Positions 49,509 through 58,825 are shown, counted from the first letter of the stretch. The stretch: DNA of 64,000 bases from Verrucomicrobiota bacterium (GCA_016871535.1 VHCZ01000001.1:22733-86732); one strand, 5' to 3'. A program made the numbers and translations. The notes: generated by a model not told the origin, from the sequence alone.

Positions 49509-51475
49509 GTTCTTTTCAGCCCTTTTGGGGAATCCCCCGGCCACCGAGCTTCGAGGGCGCCGTTCCTCCTCACCCCGGCCCTCTCCCTCAGAGAGAGGGA
49601 GACATGGATTGCAGCCTCCACCATTCCGACCTCCATGAATCGACCCATCACTCCCTTCGATTTCACCCTCTCCCCAAGGGAGAGGGCCGGGGTGAGGGGG
49701 AAGAGCATGCGAGCGTATCCACGGCGTTTTTGTTTCACCGCGCGCTCGGATTGGCTTTTCTTCATTTGATCCTTCTATTCAGCGGCCTGGCTTTCGCGGA
49801 CGAAGTTCCGGAGAGCGACGTCGTTTTCCGAGCCCTCAGCGATGAGCTGAAGCGGACGATGACGTTGCGCCTGGCGGATCTCGATAAACCGTACTTCGTC
49901 CAGTATTCCGTCGATGACACGGCCACCTATCGCATCACCGCTTCGTATGGCTCGATTGTAAACTCGGATCAAAACCGTTCCCGCATTTTTCAGAGTCAGG
50001 TCCGAGTCGGCGCCTACGACCTCGACAATTCAAATTTTGTCGGACGCGGCGGCGGCCAGCGCGGTCTCAGCGGCAGCGCGGAGCTTCCCGTGGATGACGA
50101 TTATGCGGGCTTGCGGCACGCGATCTGGCTCGCCACGGACGCCCAGTACAAGGACGCCGTGGAAACGCTGACGCAAAAGCGCGCTTACATGAAAGACCGC
50201 AACGTCCAGGAGCGCGCGGCGGATTTCGCCCAAGCCGGCGCCGTCACCGTAATCCAGCCCCGGCTCAACCTCTCCATCGATTCCAAGGCGTGGGAGGATT
50301 ATGCGCGCCGCATTTCCGCACGTTTTGCGAGTTATCGCCACATTCAGAGCGCAGACTTGAGCCTCGTCGCGGGCGTGGAAAACCGTTACCTCGTGAATTC
50401 GGAGGGCTCCCGTCTTCGCTACACCGACACGGGCGCTCTCCTGCGAATCAGCGCGGGATCCCAGGCGCCGGATGGCCAGCGGGTTGCGGATTCGCTGGCC
50501 TATTACGCGTCCTCGCTGGAGGGGCTTCCCGCATTGGAAAAAGTCCTGGCCGACGTCGAGGAACTGGCGCAGAGGCTGGCCTCGATGCTGAAGGCCCCGG
50601 TGTTGGAAGATTACACGGGGCCGGTGTTGTTCGACGGTGTTGCGACTGCGCAGTTGTTCCGCCAACTCCTTGCCGCCGGCCTCGCAGGCCAGCCTGAGCC
50701 CGTGGGCTCACAACGGCGCGCTTTGCAGAGCGGCGACGACCTTGAAACGCGATTGGGCAAGCGCATTCTGCCCACGACATTTCACATCTACGATGATCCG
50801 CGCAACCGGAAATTCCAGGACACATTCCTCGCCGGCCATTATCAGTTCGACGACGAAGGGGTTCCGGCGGAGCGCGTGGAACTCGTGGTCGAGGGCAAAC
50901 TCGACGGCATGATCATGTCGCGGACGCCGACGAAACAATTCGCGAAATCCAACGGGCACGGCCGCCGTGTCGGCGGGGAAACGCCGCGTTCGGCAATCGG
51001 CTGCCTTTACATCGAAGCTGCCAAGGGCTTGAGTCCGGACGAGCTGAAGAAAGAACTGATCGACGCCGCCGAGGCGGAAGGACTCAAATTCGGGTTGCGA
51101 ATCACCGCGCTTTCGGGCCGCGTTGGTGGGACGGCTGGCTTTGGCGGGCCAGGCGGGCGATTCGGCCGCGGCGGCGGGCGCGGTGGCGCGGGACGTTTGG
51201 TTGGCGATCCGATCTCGATTTACAAGGTGTATGTCGCGGATGGCCGGGAAGAGCCGGTGAGGGGCTGCGAGTTCAGCGCGATCGATTTACGGAGCTTGCG
51301 CCGGATCATCGCGGCCGGGAGCGCGCAGAGCGTGCACAACAGCGCCGGGGGCACCGCGCCGGCGTCTTCCGTGATCGCTCCGGCGGTGTTGATCGAAGAA
51401 CTGGAGCTGTCGCGCATCCGGCAAGAAGCGGAGAAGAAACCCATCCTGGAAGCGCCGCATGCGAGGTCGAGGTGA
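49505..51475 (+). CDS. TldD/PmbA-family protein (PmbA-like partner)
   Basis: Family blocks throughout (e.g. FDDEGVPAERVELV, FAKSNGHGRR). No HExxxGH seen. Gly/Arg-rich insert GGTAGFGGPGGRFGRGGGRGGAGR. ATG 49505 overlaps the upstream stop, but codons about 19-67 are the 144-bp repeat. TTG 49730 would give a clean signal peptide (FHRALGLAFLHLILLFSGLAFA). Confidence 0.8.
   Translation: MSSFQPFWGIPRPPSFEGAVPPHPGPLPQREGDMDCSLHHSDLHESTHHSLRFHPLPKGEGRGEGEEHASVSTAFLFHRALGLAFLHLILLFSGLAFADEVPESDVVFRALSDELKRTMTLRLADLDKPYFVQYSVDDTATYRITASYGSIVNSDQNRSRIFQSQVRVGAYDLDNSNFVGRGGGQRGLSGSAELPVDDDYAGLRHAIWLATDAQYKDAVETLTQKRAYMKDRNVQERAADFAQAGAVTVIQPRLNLSIDSKAWEDYARRISARFASYRHIQSADLSLVAGVENRYLVNSEGSRLRYTDTGALLRISAGSQAPDGQRVADSLAYYASSLEGLPALEKVLADVEELAQRLASMLKAPVLEDYTGPVLFDGVATAQLFRQLLAAGLAGQPEPVGSQRRALQSGDDLETRLGKRILPTTFHIYDDPRNRKFQDTFLAGHYQFDDEGVPAERVELVVEGKLDGMIMSRTPTKQFAKSNGHGRRVGGETPRSAIGCLYIEAAKGLSPDELKKELIDAAEAEGLKFGLRITALSGRVGGTAGFGGPGGRFGRGGGRGGAGRLVGDPISIYKVYVADGREEPVRGCEFSAIDLRSLRRIIAAGSAQSVHNSAGGTAPASSVIAPAVLIEELELSRIRQEAEKKPILEAPHARSR
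49561..49704. repeat. 144-bp composite palindrome, full copy
   Basis: CGTTCCTCCTCACCCCGGCCCTCTCCCtcagaGAGAGGGAGAC ... CACCCTCTCCCcaagGGAGAGGGCCGGGGTGAGGGGGAAG. Confidence 0.85.
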
Positions 51476-51538
51476 TCAGTATTCAGTGATCAGTTTGGTC
51501 CGTGGCGGTGTTACAATTGCAGCGTTGGCTTCGGGACG

Positions 51539-52102
51539 TCACTCGGCGGTGAAGACCTTTGGCTTAAAGCCGCCGGGAGGCTTTACCAGTTTGAAATTCT
51601 CGTCGCTGGCCGTGGCGAGGTAGAGCCCTTCGTGGAGCACACGGTCAGCCAGCGCGCCGCGCACATCGACGGCGGAGATGATGCCGTAAAGCTTCATGCC
51701 CTTGAGATGCGGCATGAACCGGAAGAATTCCCGGAGTTTCTTGAGAGTCTTCTTCAGTTCATCGGCGTTCAATTCGCTTTTGACTTCGACGAGATAAACC
51801 TCCTTGTGCCGTCCATTGCGGACGCCCACCATGTCAAATTCCTGCGTTCGGGCGCCGCGAAAGGCTTTGGTCGGGGACGAAACGACTTCCGCGCCGAAAT
51901 GTTGCTTGAGAATGCGGCGCATGGAATCGAACGCCAGGCCTTCAGTGAAGGAGCCGAACTTGTTCCCCAGCCCACCGAGTTGTTTGGTGACCTGGCGCAA
52001 AGTCTCCTCCGTCCGCTGCTGGGCCGATTCTGTCTTGGCGTGCTCGTCGGCTTGTTTCCTCGCCAGGTCCGCCAGGAGCGCCCTCAGTTCCTGTTCGCTC
52101 AT
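51539..52102 (-). CDS. Coiled-coil + PD-(D/E)XK-like nuclease-fold protein (DUF3782-like)
   Basis: The N-terminal coiled coil (ELRALLADLARKQADEHAKTESAQQRTEE) is followed by QEFDMVGV...EVYLVEVK, compatible with a D...E.K restriction-endonuclease-like core. Confidence 0.5.
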   Translation of the reverse strand: MSEQELRALLADLARKQADEHAKTESAQQRTEETLRQVTKQLGGLGNKFGSFTEGLAFDSMRRILKQHFGAEVVSSPTKAFRGARTQEFDMVGVRNGRHKEVYLVEVKSELNADELKKTLKKLREFFRFMPHLKGMKLYGIISAVDVRGALADRVLHEGLYLATASDENFKLVKPPGGFKPKVFTAE

Positions 52103-52263
52103 GAGAGGAAGCTATTTATGGGTGCTGAAACGGTCAAGCGTGCGGCTTCTCTGTGACACCAAAGCTGAACTCACACGTTTTGGTTTGGAAATAAGGGTGA
52201 ATGGGCTGAGGTTGCGCCGTTTTTCGACGGGCGACAACTGCCTGAACCGATAGAATTCTCCCA

Positions 52264-52468
52264 GTGAAAGGGACAGAGATTAAGAGTTTCGCAGAGCGGC
52301 AACCGTTCCGGCCGTTTATCGTGCGCCTGTCCAATGGCGCACAATACACTTTCAATGAGGCCTGGGAATTGGGTGCGCCAAAGGATTTACCACATGATCT
52401 TCTGCTTTGAAGAATCGGAGGCTGTGCGGATTGAAACGGAAAGTGTCGTCGAGATTATCGAGCGGTAA
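52264..52468 (+). pseudogene. Small ORF, apparently frameshifted
   Basis: Frame 1 gives (V)KGTEIKSFAERQPFRPFIVRLSNGAQYTFNEAWELGAPKDL... with a stop at 52408. Frame 2 gives MIFCFEESEAVRIETESVVEIIER* (52394-52468). Together they resemble a small conserved hypothetical family. Low confidence. Confidence 0.25.
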
Positions 52469-52472
52469 CCGC

Positions 52473-53429
52473 CTATTGCGTCTCGCCTTTTGTCACGCGC
52501 AGGAAGACTTCTTCGAGACCCAGTTCATCTTCCCATAATCCCGTCAGTCTCAATCCGCCTTGCACCAGCGTTTCCGCGATGAAGCCAGGGTCGGTGTCGT
52601 GATCTTTGAATGTCACTTTCACCTGGCCATCGACCGGGACGGCTTCGGCCACTTCGGACCGGGCCTTGAGAAGCTCCAGGGCCTTCGCTGAATTGTCCCG
52701 CACGGTGACCCAATAAATCTGGCCTGTGGCCATTTGATCGCGCACGCCTTGGACCGGGCCGGTGTAGATCAATTTCCCCTTCTCGATAATGGCGACGCGG
52801 TTGCAGAGGGTTTGCAGTTCGCTCAGGATGTGCGAGGAAATCATGATCGTTTTGCCGAGCCGCTGAAGTTCCTGGAGAATCGCCATCACCTCGATGCGCG
52901 CCCGGGGGTCCAGGCCGCTGGCCGGTTCGTCGAGCAAAAGCAGGCGCGGATCGTGGATCAATACGCGCGCCAGGCCCAGGCGCTGTTGCATGCCCCGGCT
53001 GAGCGCTCCGATCAGCGCGCCACGTTTTTCGCTGAGCCCGACCAATTCGAGCACGTCGTTGACGGTTTTCTCGCGCTTGGAGGAAGGAATCTTGTAACAC
53101 GCCCCGAAGAAATCGAGATACTCCGTCACCTCCATGTCCTTATAGACCCCGAAGAAGTCGGGCATGTACCCGATCACGTGGCGGACGGCATCGGCGTCTT
53201 TCACGACGTCGTGGCCGAGCACTTCGGCGCGGCCAGCGGAAGGAGCCAGGAAGGTCGCGAGGATGCGAAGCGTGGTGGTCTTGCCCGCGCCGTTGGAGCC
53301 GATGAACCCGAAAAGATCGCCTTTGTTGACGATGAGATCGATCGAGTTCAACGCAATCGTCCCGCCATAGACCCGGGTGAGGCCGTAGGTCTGCACGGCA
53401 GGCGTTCCATTCGTCGTTTCGTTTGGCAT
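52473..53429 (-). CDS. ABC transporter ATP-binding protein (ABC-2 type)
   Basis: Walker A GSNGAGKTT, signature LSRGMQQRL, Walker B LLLLDEP. No permease gene is adjacent. Confidence 0.92.
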   Translation of the reverse strand: MPNETTNGTPAVQTYGLTRVYGGTIALNSIDLIVNKGDLFGFIGSNGAGKTTTLRILATFLAPSAGRAEVLGHDVVKDADAVRHVIGYMPDFFGVYKDMEVTEYLDFFGACYKIPSSKREKTVNDVLELVGLSEKRGALIGALSRGMQQRLGLARVLIHDPRLLLLDEPASGLDPRARIEVMAILQELQRLGKTIMISSHILSELQTLCNRVAIIEKGKLIYTGPVQGVRDQMATGQIYWVTVRDNSAKALELLKARSEVAEAVPVDGQVKVTFKDHDTDPGFIAETLVQGGLRLTGLWEDELGLEEVFLRVTKGETQ

Positions 53430-53527
53430 ACTGAGGTCAAGGTGAAGGGTAAAATGTTGTCCACGTAATCGAACCTGATCCGAGTCCCACTCCTAATCCT
53501 GATCCTGGCCAAAGATATTTGAAATTA

Positions 53528-53590
53528 AACCACGGATTCACACGGATTGGAAAGAATTCAAATCCGTGTTTATCCGTGTCATCCGTGGTT
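53528..53590. repeat. CACGGAT-type palindrome, copy 5
   Basis: AACCACGGATtCACACGGAT...ATCCGTGtttATCCGTGtcATCCGTGGTT. Confidence 0.85.
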
Positions 53591-53620
53591 AAAAAACTGA
53601 GCTTCATTCGATTTGCCCGT

Positions 53621-55852
53621 TCAACCCCGAGGCGCGGTGTCGGGCGTGATGGCCAGTCGCAGCAGCGTACTCCGCTGGCTTCTCGGCGGTTTGAAACCGT
53701 TGATGGGGTTGGTGAACGTGTGGTTCGGGTCGAAGGCCAGCAGAACGGCGTCGCCCCGCTGGATCAATGGAGTCAGGTCCAGGCCTGGCGGCGCCACAAA
53801 GTTGCGCTGCTGCGGATGGGGTTGAAGGTAGGAATAGAACGAGGCCACCGACGCATTGAGGGCCGGATTTTCAAGCTGGCCTCGCTGGTTGTCGCCAAAC
53901 GAACTGCGCCGCGCATTGATCGCCTCCTGAAATCTCCCGCCATGTTGAAGGACGAAGTTTTGGAGCGCCATTCCTTTGCTCGGTTCCAGCTTGAACTCCT
54001 TCTTCTCGCCCGGCGGCAGCGTGCTCAACTCAAACACCAGCGAGCGCACGACGATTCGCGCGTCGGTCAGCGGATGGTCCAGCATGTTTTGGACGCTGAC
54101 GTCCCAGGTCGCGCCTTGAGTGGAAATCGAGGCCAGGAGCGGAGGCGTTCCCGGTTGGAGCCAATCGTTCACGTAAAGGAGACTGGTCCACACCGGAACG
54201 AAGACCTCGGCGCGGAAAGTGTTGCCATGCTGTTCAATCGTCGCGCGGCTGCTCTCGCGTCCGCTGCCGTAAAGGTCGAGCACCTCGCCGCGCAACGTCG
54301 CGTGCGTCTGATCGGCCACATCCGGTGCCGCCGGGGTGAAGGCGACTGGATATCGCGCGTTCGACGAGGAATAGACCGAGGCATAAGTGCGTCCGCGAAG
54401 GTCGGCGCGATTGGCGCCGCGCGGGAGAATATCCACCACGTGCAGTTCGTTCCATTCCGTTTCCCCTGCCCTCAGTTTGTAGCCAATGAAATAAATCAGG
54501 AGCGAAAACAACACGACGTAGGTGGGAAAGGTGACCCAGGTGAGCATCTGGCGTCCGATCTTTTTCAGCCAGTATTGGTCGAACGGGCCGATGACGATGA
54601 GATAAACGACCAGCAGCAGGAGCAGCCATTGCACGGGCAATTTGCGCACTTGCCGGCTGTCGATCAGCGCGCCAAAAACGCCGTCCAAGCTGAACCCGCC
54701 ATAGGCTGAGATATCAGGCGCGGTGTACCAATCCGACGGCACGCCGATGAGTTTGGACCAGAACCAGGGGCGATTTTTCCACGACCGGAACGGTTCGCGT
54801 TCCGGACTGAACGTCAGCACCGTGACCTGGCCCCGGCCGCGTTTGGCATCGATGATCAAAGGCCGGCCTTGAGCTTCAAGGACCATGCGTCCATCCCGCA
54901 GGGAACCTATCGCCACCGCGGCTTGAGCTTGAGCGAATGCGGGATCCGCGGCGAGAGTGGCGTAGGAGTTTTGCCCGCCGAAATTTCCCCGCCGCCGGGA
55001 AGAAATGACGGAGGCCCGCAACACCGCCTCTCCGCTGTCGCCGCTCTGGAGCCACTGTTGAAGCGAGGCATCCACGGTGACGTTGACCAGGTCTTTGAGG
55101 TCGCAGGGAAGAAGCTGTTGCAGCCAGGGCGTGGAGTTCACGTCGGCCAACTGTTCGACCCCCACGATGAGATGCCCGCCGCCCCGGACCCACGCGAGCA
55201 ACGCCGACACCTGGTTCACTTTCAATTCCAGAGCTTTCTCCGAGTTCAGGTAGAAAACGTCCAGCCCCTCCAGCGCAATGGGGCTATCCGGGAATTGTTC
55301 GACCAGCATCCGCGCGACTTGCGGTTTGAGTTCGGGCCGGTTTTGCCGCGACTCCGGAAGGGCGGGCATCCCCGCAAAGGATCGCGACAACGAACCCATG
55401 AGGATGCCTTCCCAGGCCAGGATCCGGGGCTGCAAGTTCGGCCGCTCCGCCTGGACCCGGCCGCGGTCGTCCACCAGGCGCGCGCTCCATTGAGAAAACC
55501 GGCCTCCGGACGCGAACATGGGAATGACGAACCGCTTGCGGGTGTTGGTAGGCAACTCCATCGCAACCCGGCGCACCTGGTCGGCGCGAAGGTTGGCCGC
55601 GGACAGTTCGAGATAGGCGTTGAAAGTCGGGCCGTCGTTGAACACTTCGCACGCGATCGGAAACCAGCTTGCCTCGCGCACGACGCTGTCGTAGCCGACG
55701 AAGATGTCGAACTGCAACTCCGCGCGGAGCGAGGCGGCCAGGGAATGGAGCAAGACGCATAAGCCCAGGGCAAAGCGAAGCGGCCGCCGCCCGATTCGAG
55801 AGAAGATTCGCCGTTCGCCGAATTGCGCGGATTCTGAATTGTTTGGTCTCAT
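53621..55852 (-). CDS. Large membrane protein of unknown function
   Basis: Signal/anchor RRPLRFALGLCVLLHSLAASLRA, a large extracytoplasmic N-domain, central TM pair (VQWLLLLLVVYLIVIGPF; LTWVTFPTYVVLFSLLIYFIGY) and a large C-domain. ATG 55852 is preferred. Confidence 0.6.
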   Translation of the reverse strand: MRPNNSESAQFGERRIFSRIGRRPLRFALGLCVLLHSLAASLRAELQFDIFVGYDSVVREASWFPIACEVFNDGPTFNAYLELSAANLRADQVRRVAMELPTNTRKRFVIPMFASGGRFSQWSARLVDDRGRVQAERPNLQPRILAWEGILMGSLSRSFAGMPALPESRQNRPELKPQVARMLVEQFPDSPIALEGLDVFYLNSEKALELKVNQVSALLAWVRGGGHLIVGVEQLADVNSTPWLQQLLPCDLKDLVNVTVDASLQQWLQSGDSGEAVLRASVISSRRRGNFGGQNSYATLAADPAFAQAQAAVAIGSLRDGRMVLEAQGRPLIIDAKRGRGQVTVLTFSPEREPFRSWKNRPWFWSKLIGVPSDWYTAPDISAYGGFSLDGVFGALIDSRQVRKLPVQWLLLLLVVYLIVIGPFDQYWLKKIGRQMLTWVTFPTYVVLFSLLIYFIGYKLRAGETEWNELHVVDILPRGANRADLRGRTYASVYSSSNARYPVAFTPAAPDVADQTHATLRGEVLDLYGSGRESSRATIEQHGNTFRAEVFVPVWTSLLYVNDWLQPGTPPLLASISTQGATWDVSVQNMLDHPLTDARIVVRSLVFELSTLPPGEKKEFKLEPSKGMALQNFVLQHGGRFQEAINARRSSFGDNQRGQLENPALNASVASFYSYLQPHPQQRNFVAPPGLDLTPLIQRGDAVLLAFDPNHTFTNPINGFKPPRSQRSTLLRLAITPDTAPRG

Positions 55853-56105
55853 GGTCTGCCAGCTCCGGCCCTTACTATGCCTTTCCTTCTGGAAATATCC
55901 AGCTTGCGTTTGGACCTGCGCCGCGCTCTGCATGCTCAATCTTGGCGAAAGCACGGCATTGTTTCGATCAGACAGCGTGGACTCCTTTTGGCTCACGCGG
56001 AACTCGACCGGTTCTCGCAGGCGCGCGACCGATGGACAAATTCATGTTGCATATGCAACACAAACTTGTCCGTGTCGTGCATGGATGATTGAAAGCGGGA
56101 AATCC

Positions 56106-56189
56106 CTCTGGGCGAGCCTGTCCTAGCGAGCCGATTTCGGACGTGTTCCAAGCGCGTGAAGCGGCTCGCCGGGACGGACTCGCCCTACC
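56106..56189. repeat. GGTAGGGCGAGCC palindrome, copy 4
   Basis: GGGCGAGCCTGTCCTAGCGAGCCG...CGGCTCGCCGGGACGGACTCGCCCTACC. Confidence 0.8.
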
Positions 56190-56308
56190 GGTTTCCTGGA
56201 CCGTTTGCTTGGAACCGTGACTATGGCAGCTTATCACGGATCGCCCGCGCGACCTGCGCGACCTCGACGTTCTTGCGCCCCGCACTGAAAACTCATACAA
56301 CCCTTCGC

Positions 56309-58192
56309 GTGTCAACGAATCCGCTGATCGACATTCGCAATACCCGCCTGCAAAAGGCGGCTTCCCTCCGTTCTTTGGGCTTGAACCCTTACGTCTCCCG
56401 CAGCCGCCGCTCTCATTACGCCAAAGCCATTCTCGACGGTTTCGATGCCTTGCAAGCCCAGGAAGTCACGGTGGCCGGGCGCTTGCTGTCATGGCGGAAA
56501 CAAGGCGCGCTGGCCTTTGGCCACGTCCAGGATCAGACCGGGCGGATTCAGTTGTTCCTCCGCCGCCAGGTTGTGCAACCCACCGACGCGGCCGCGGGCC
56601 GCCTGGGCTACGCGGAAACGAACCTCCTGGACCTGGGCGATGTCGTCGAAGCCACCGGCAAAGTCGTGAAGACCGAACGCGGGGAAATCTCCGTGCTGGT
56701 CGAAAGTTTGCGTTTGCTCACCAAAGCCATCCGGCCCTTGCCGGACCAATGGTCGGGCTTGAAGGACCGCGAGCAGATTCTTCGCAAGCGTTACCTGGAC
56801 GCCATCCTGGATGCGTCGTCGTTCGACCGGTTTTCAGCCACGTGCAGGATGGTCGCTGCCCTCCGGGCCTTCCTGAACGAGCGCGGGTTTCTCGAATTTC
56901 AGACGCCCGCCATTCAACCGCAATACGGCGGCGGCACGGCGAAGCCGTTCAAAACGCACGTCAACGCGCTGGGCTGCGAAATGTACCTGGCCATCTCCCA
57001 CGAGCTTTATCTCAAGCGCCTGATCGTCGCGGGCTATGACAAAGTCTATACCATCGGACGCTATTTCCGGAACGAAGGCATCGACCGCAGCCATCACCCG
57101 GAGTTCGCGATGGTCGAGACCATGACGGCGTACGAGAACTACGAATACAACATGAACCTGATCGAGGACATGTTCCGCCACGTCGCGATCAGCGCTTTTG
57201 GCCGGACCACCTTCAACGTCCGCGGCCACGTCATCGATTTCAGCCAGCCGTGGCGGCGCGTGAGCATGGCGGACGCCGTGAAGGAAAAGACCGGCGTTGA
57301 CTTCCCGGTTTTGCAGGCGGTTGAAGAAGCCAACGCGCGGCTGGCCTCGCTCGGAATCAACGAGCCGCAACCCGGCATTGGGGAGGCGCTCGTCAAGGCG
57401 TTTGAGGTCAAAGTCGAACCGGAACTGATTCAGCCGACGCTCGTGTTCGGGCATCCGGTTGAAATCTCGCCGCTGGCCAAACCGATGGCGGCGGATCCGC
57501 GTTTTGCCGAGCGTTTCGAGATTTTCATCGCGGGCATGGAATGCGGCGACAACTGGTCCGAGCAGAACGACCCGGTGCATTTGCTCGAAACCTGGCGGAA
57601 AGCGTATCGGGCGGAGGAACGCGACGCCGGCAAGTTCCACACGCTGGATTTCGATTTTGTGGAGGCGCTGGAATACGGCATGCCGCCCACGACGGGGATT
57701 GGTCCGGGCATCGAGCGCATGGCGATGATTTTCACGGAGCAGGAAAACATCGACGACGTGATTTTCTTTCCGCTGATGCGGCCCGCGGTCTCGCCGATCA
57801 ACGCCACGATTTACGGCATCCACGAGCCGACGCTGGCGCCGGTGGAGGACCTGGCGTTGTCCCTGGAGGATTTTGAGGCGCTCTGCGACGCAGGCGTTTT
57901 GAAACCGCACGCGCACAACCTGACGGTGAAGCCGCACGTGCGACTGTGGCCTCCGGCGCCGGCGGGGGGAAGGGCGCGCGTCTCGGCGCACGCGGAGATC
58001 GAAGGGTTCCTCCCTCACAGCGTCCTCCGTCTGGCGGGCCTAAAGGTGGGCGGCGACCAGGCGATCGCCGGGGAAGACGAAAAGCGCAAAATCGCGGAGT
58101 CGTTCGAGTTGATTTTGGGGCAACTGATGCGAAAGCGTTTCCCCGATTGCCATGTCACCGTCTCGCCGCCGACGGTGCTGCGGCACGTTTGA
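56309..58192 (+). CDS. lysS: Lysyl-tRNA synthetase (class II) with about 135-aa C-terminal extension
   Basis: Anticodon-binding OB domain (VTVAGRLLSWRKQGALAFGHVQDQTGRIQLF) and class II motifs (FRNEGIDRSHHPEF, GIGPGIERMAM). GTG 56309 is suggested as the start because upstream ORF sequence is repeat-derived. The canonical end ...FFPLMRP is at about 57784. Confidence 0.9.
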   Translation: MSTNPLIDIRNTRLQKAASLRSLGLNPYVSRSRRSHYAKAILDGFDALQAQEVTVAGRLLSWRKQGALAFGHVQDQTGRIQLFLRRQVVQPTDAAAGRLGYAETNLLDLGDVVEATGKVVKTERGEISVLVESLRLLTKAIRPLPDQWSGLKDREQILRKRYLDAILDASSFDRFSATCRMVAALRAFLNERGFLEFQTPAIQPQYGGGTAKPFKTHVNALGCEMYLAISHELYLKRLIVAGYDKVYTIGRYFRNEGIDRSHHPEFAMVETMTAYENYEYNMNLIEDMFRHVAISAFGRTTFNVRGHVIDFSQPWRRVSMADAVKEKTGVDFPVLQAVEEANARLASLGINEPQPGIGEALVKAFEVKVEPELIQPTLVFGHPVEISPLAKPMAADPRFAERFEIFIAGMECGDNWSEQNDPVHLLETWRKAYRAEERDAGKFHTLDFDFVEALEYGMPPTTGIGPGIERMAMIFTEQENIDDVIFFPLMRPAVSPINATIYGIHEPTLAPVEDLALSLEDFEALCDAGVLKPHAHNLTVKPHVRLWPPAPAGGRARVSAHAEIEGFLPHSVLRLAGLKVGGDQAIAGEDEKRKIAESFELILGQLMRKRFPDCHVTVSPPTVLRHV

Positions 58193-58277
58193 TCTGGCAG
58201 TTTATCTTTGGCTCACATAGGCGCCGTGAAGCTCGACATTCAAGCAGACCATCGTTTCCGGTTTTACGCTGCCTTAA

Positions 58278-58547
58278 GGGTCTGTGCAAAAATAAATTCC
58301 GGTTTTGCCGGAGGTGATTTCGCTTTCTGGCGAGGCACGACGAAGGAGCATAGCCAGGGCTCCGCGACTGAGGAGAAACGAAGCCAGAAAGCGAAATCGC
58401 CCCAGCCCTCCGGGGCGGGGCGGCGCCTGGCCGGCTGCGGCGTTGCTCGTCGGTCACAGCCCCAAAACGGGGATGCTCCCTCCTCGCGCCTTGCATCCGG
58501 CCAGGCGGCGCTCCCGCCAAAACCGGAAGTTATTTTTGCACAGACCC
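58278..58547. mobile_element. MITE-C (270 bp)
   Basis: About 33-bp terminal inverted repeats GGGTCTGTGCAAAAATAA(a/c)TTCCGGTTTTG(c/g)CGG. Direct TAA flanks at 58275-58277 and 58548-58550. It contains the shared core in reverse orientation (58329-58385). Confidence 0.85.
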
Positions 58548-58579
58548 TAAGTGGCGGCTGTCGTCGGCGGTTGAGCGGC

Positions 58580-58723
58580 TCGTTCCCCCTCACCCCGGCC
58601 CTCTCCCTCGGGGAGAGGGAGAACCCTGCGCTGTGCTTCCGTGAACCCGACGGATCCGGACTTGCCCCAGCGCGGCCGACGATGTTCCCTCTCCCTGAGG
58701 GAGAGGGTCAGGGTGAAGGGGAA
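58580..58723. repeat. 144-bp composite palindrome, full copy
   Basis: CGTTCCCCCTCACCCCGGCCCTCTCCCtcggGGAGAGGGAGAAC ... CCCTCTCCCtgagGGAGAGGGTCAGGGTGAAGGGGAAG. Confidence 0.85.
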
Positions 58724-58825
58724 GACACTGGAAGACGATCCATCGTATCAGCCACCGAAAACAGAGAGGAGCACCGTTTCTTTGCGCGGAGCCAGACGCA
58801 CCCTGGCTTTTGCTTCGGCTTCAAG

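Noticed and set aside
58208-58825. The N-terminal 206 codons of ORF 58208..62026 as genuine coding sequence.
   Set aside because: This stretch consists of MITE-C plus a 144-bp palindrome. The frame is open only because these GC-rich repeats lack stops. A plausible signal peptide begins at about 58826.
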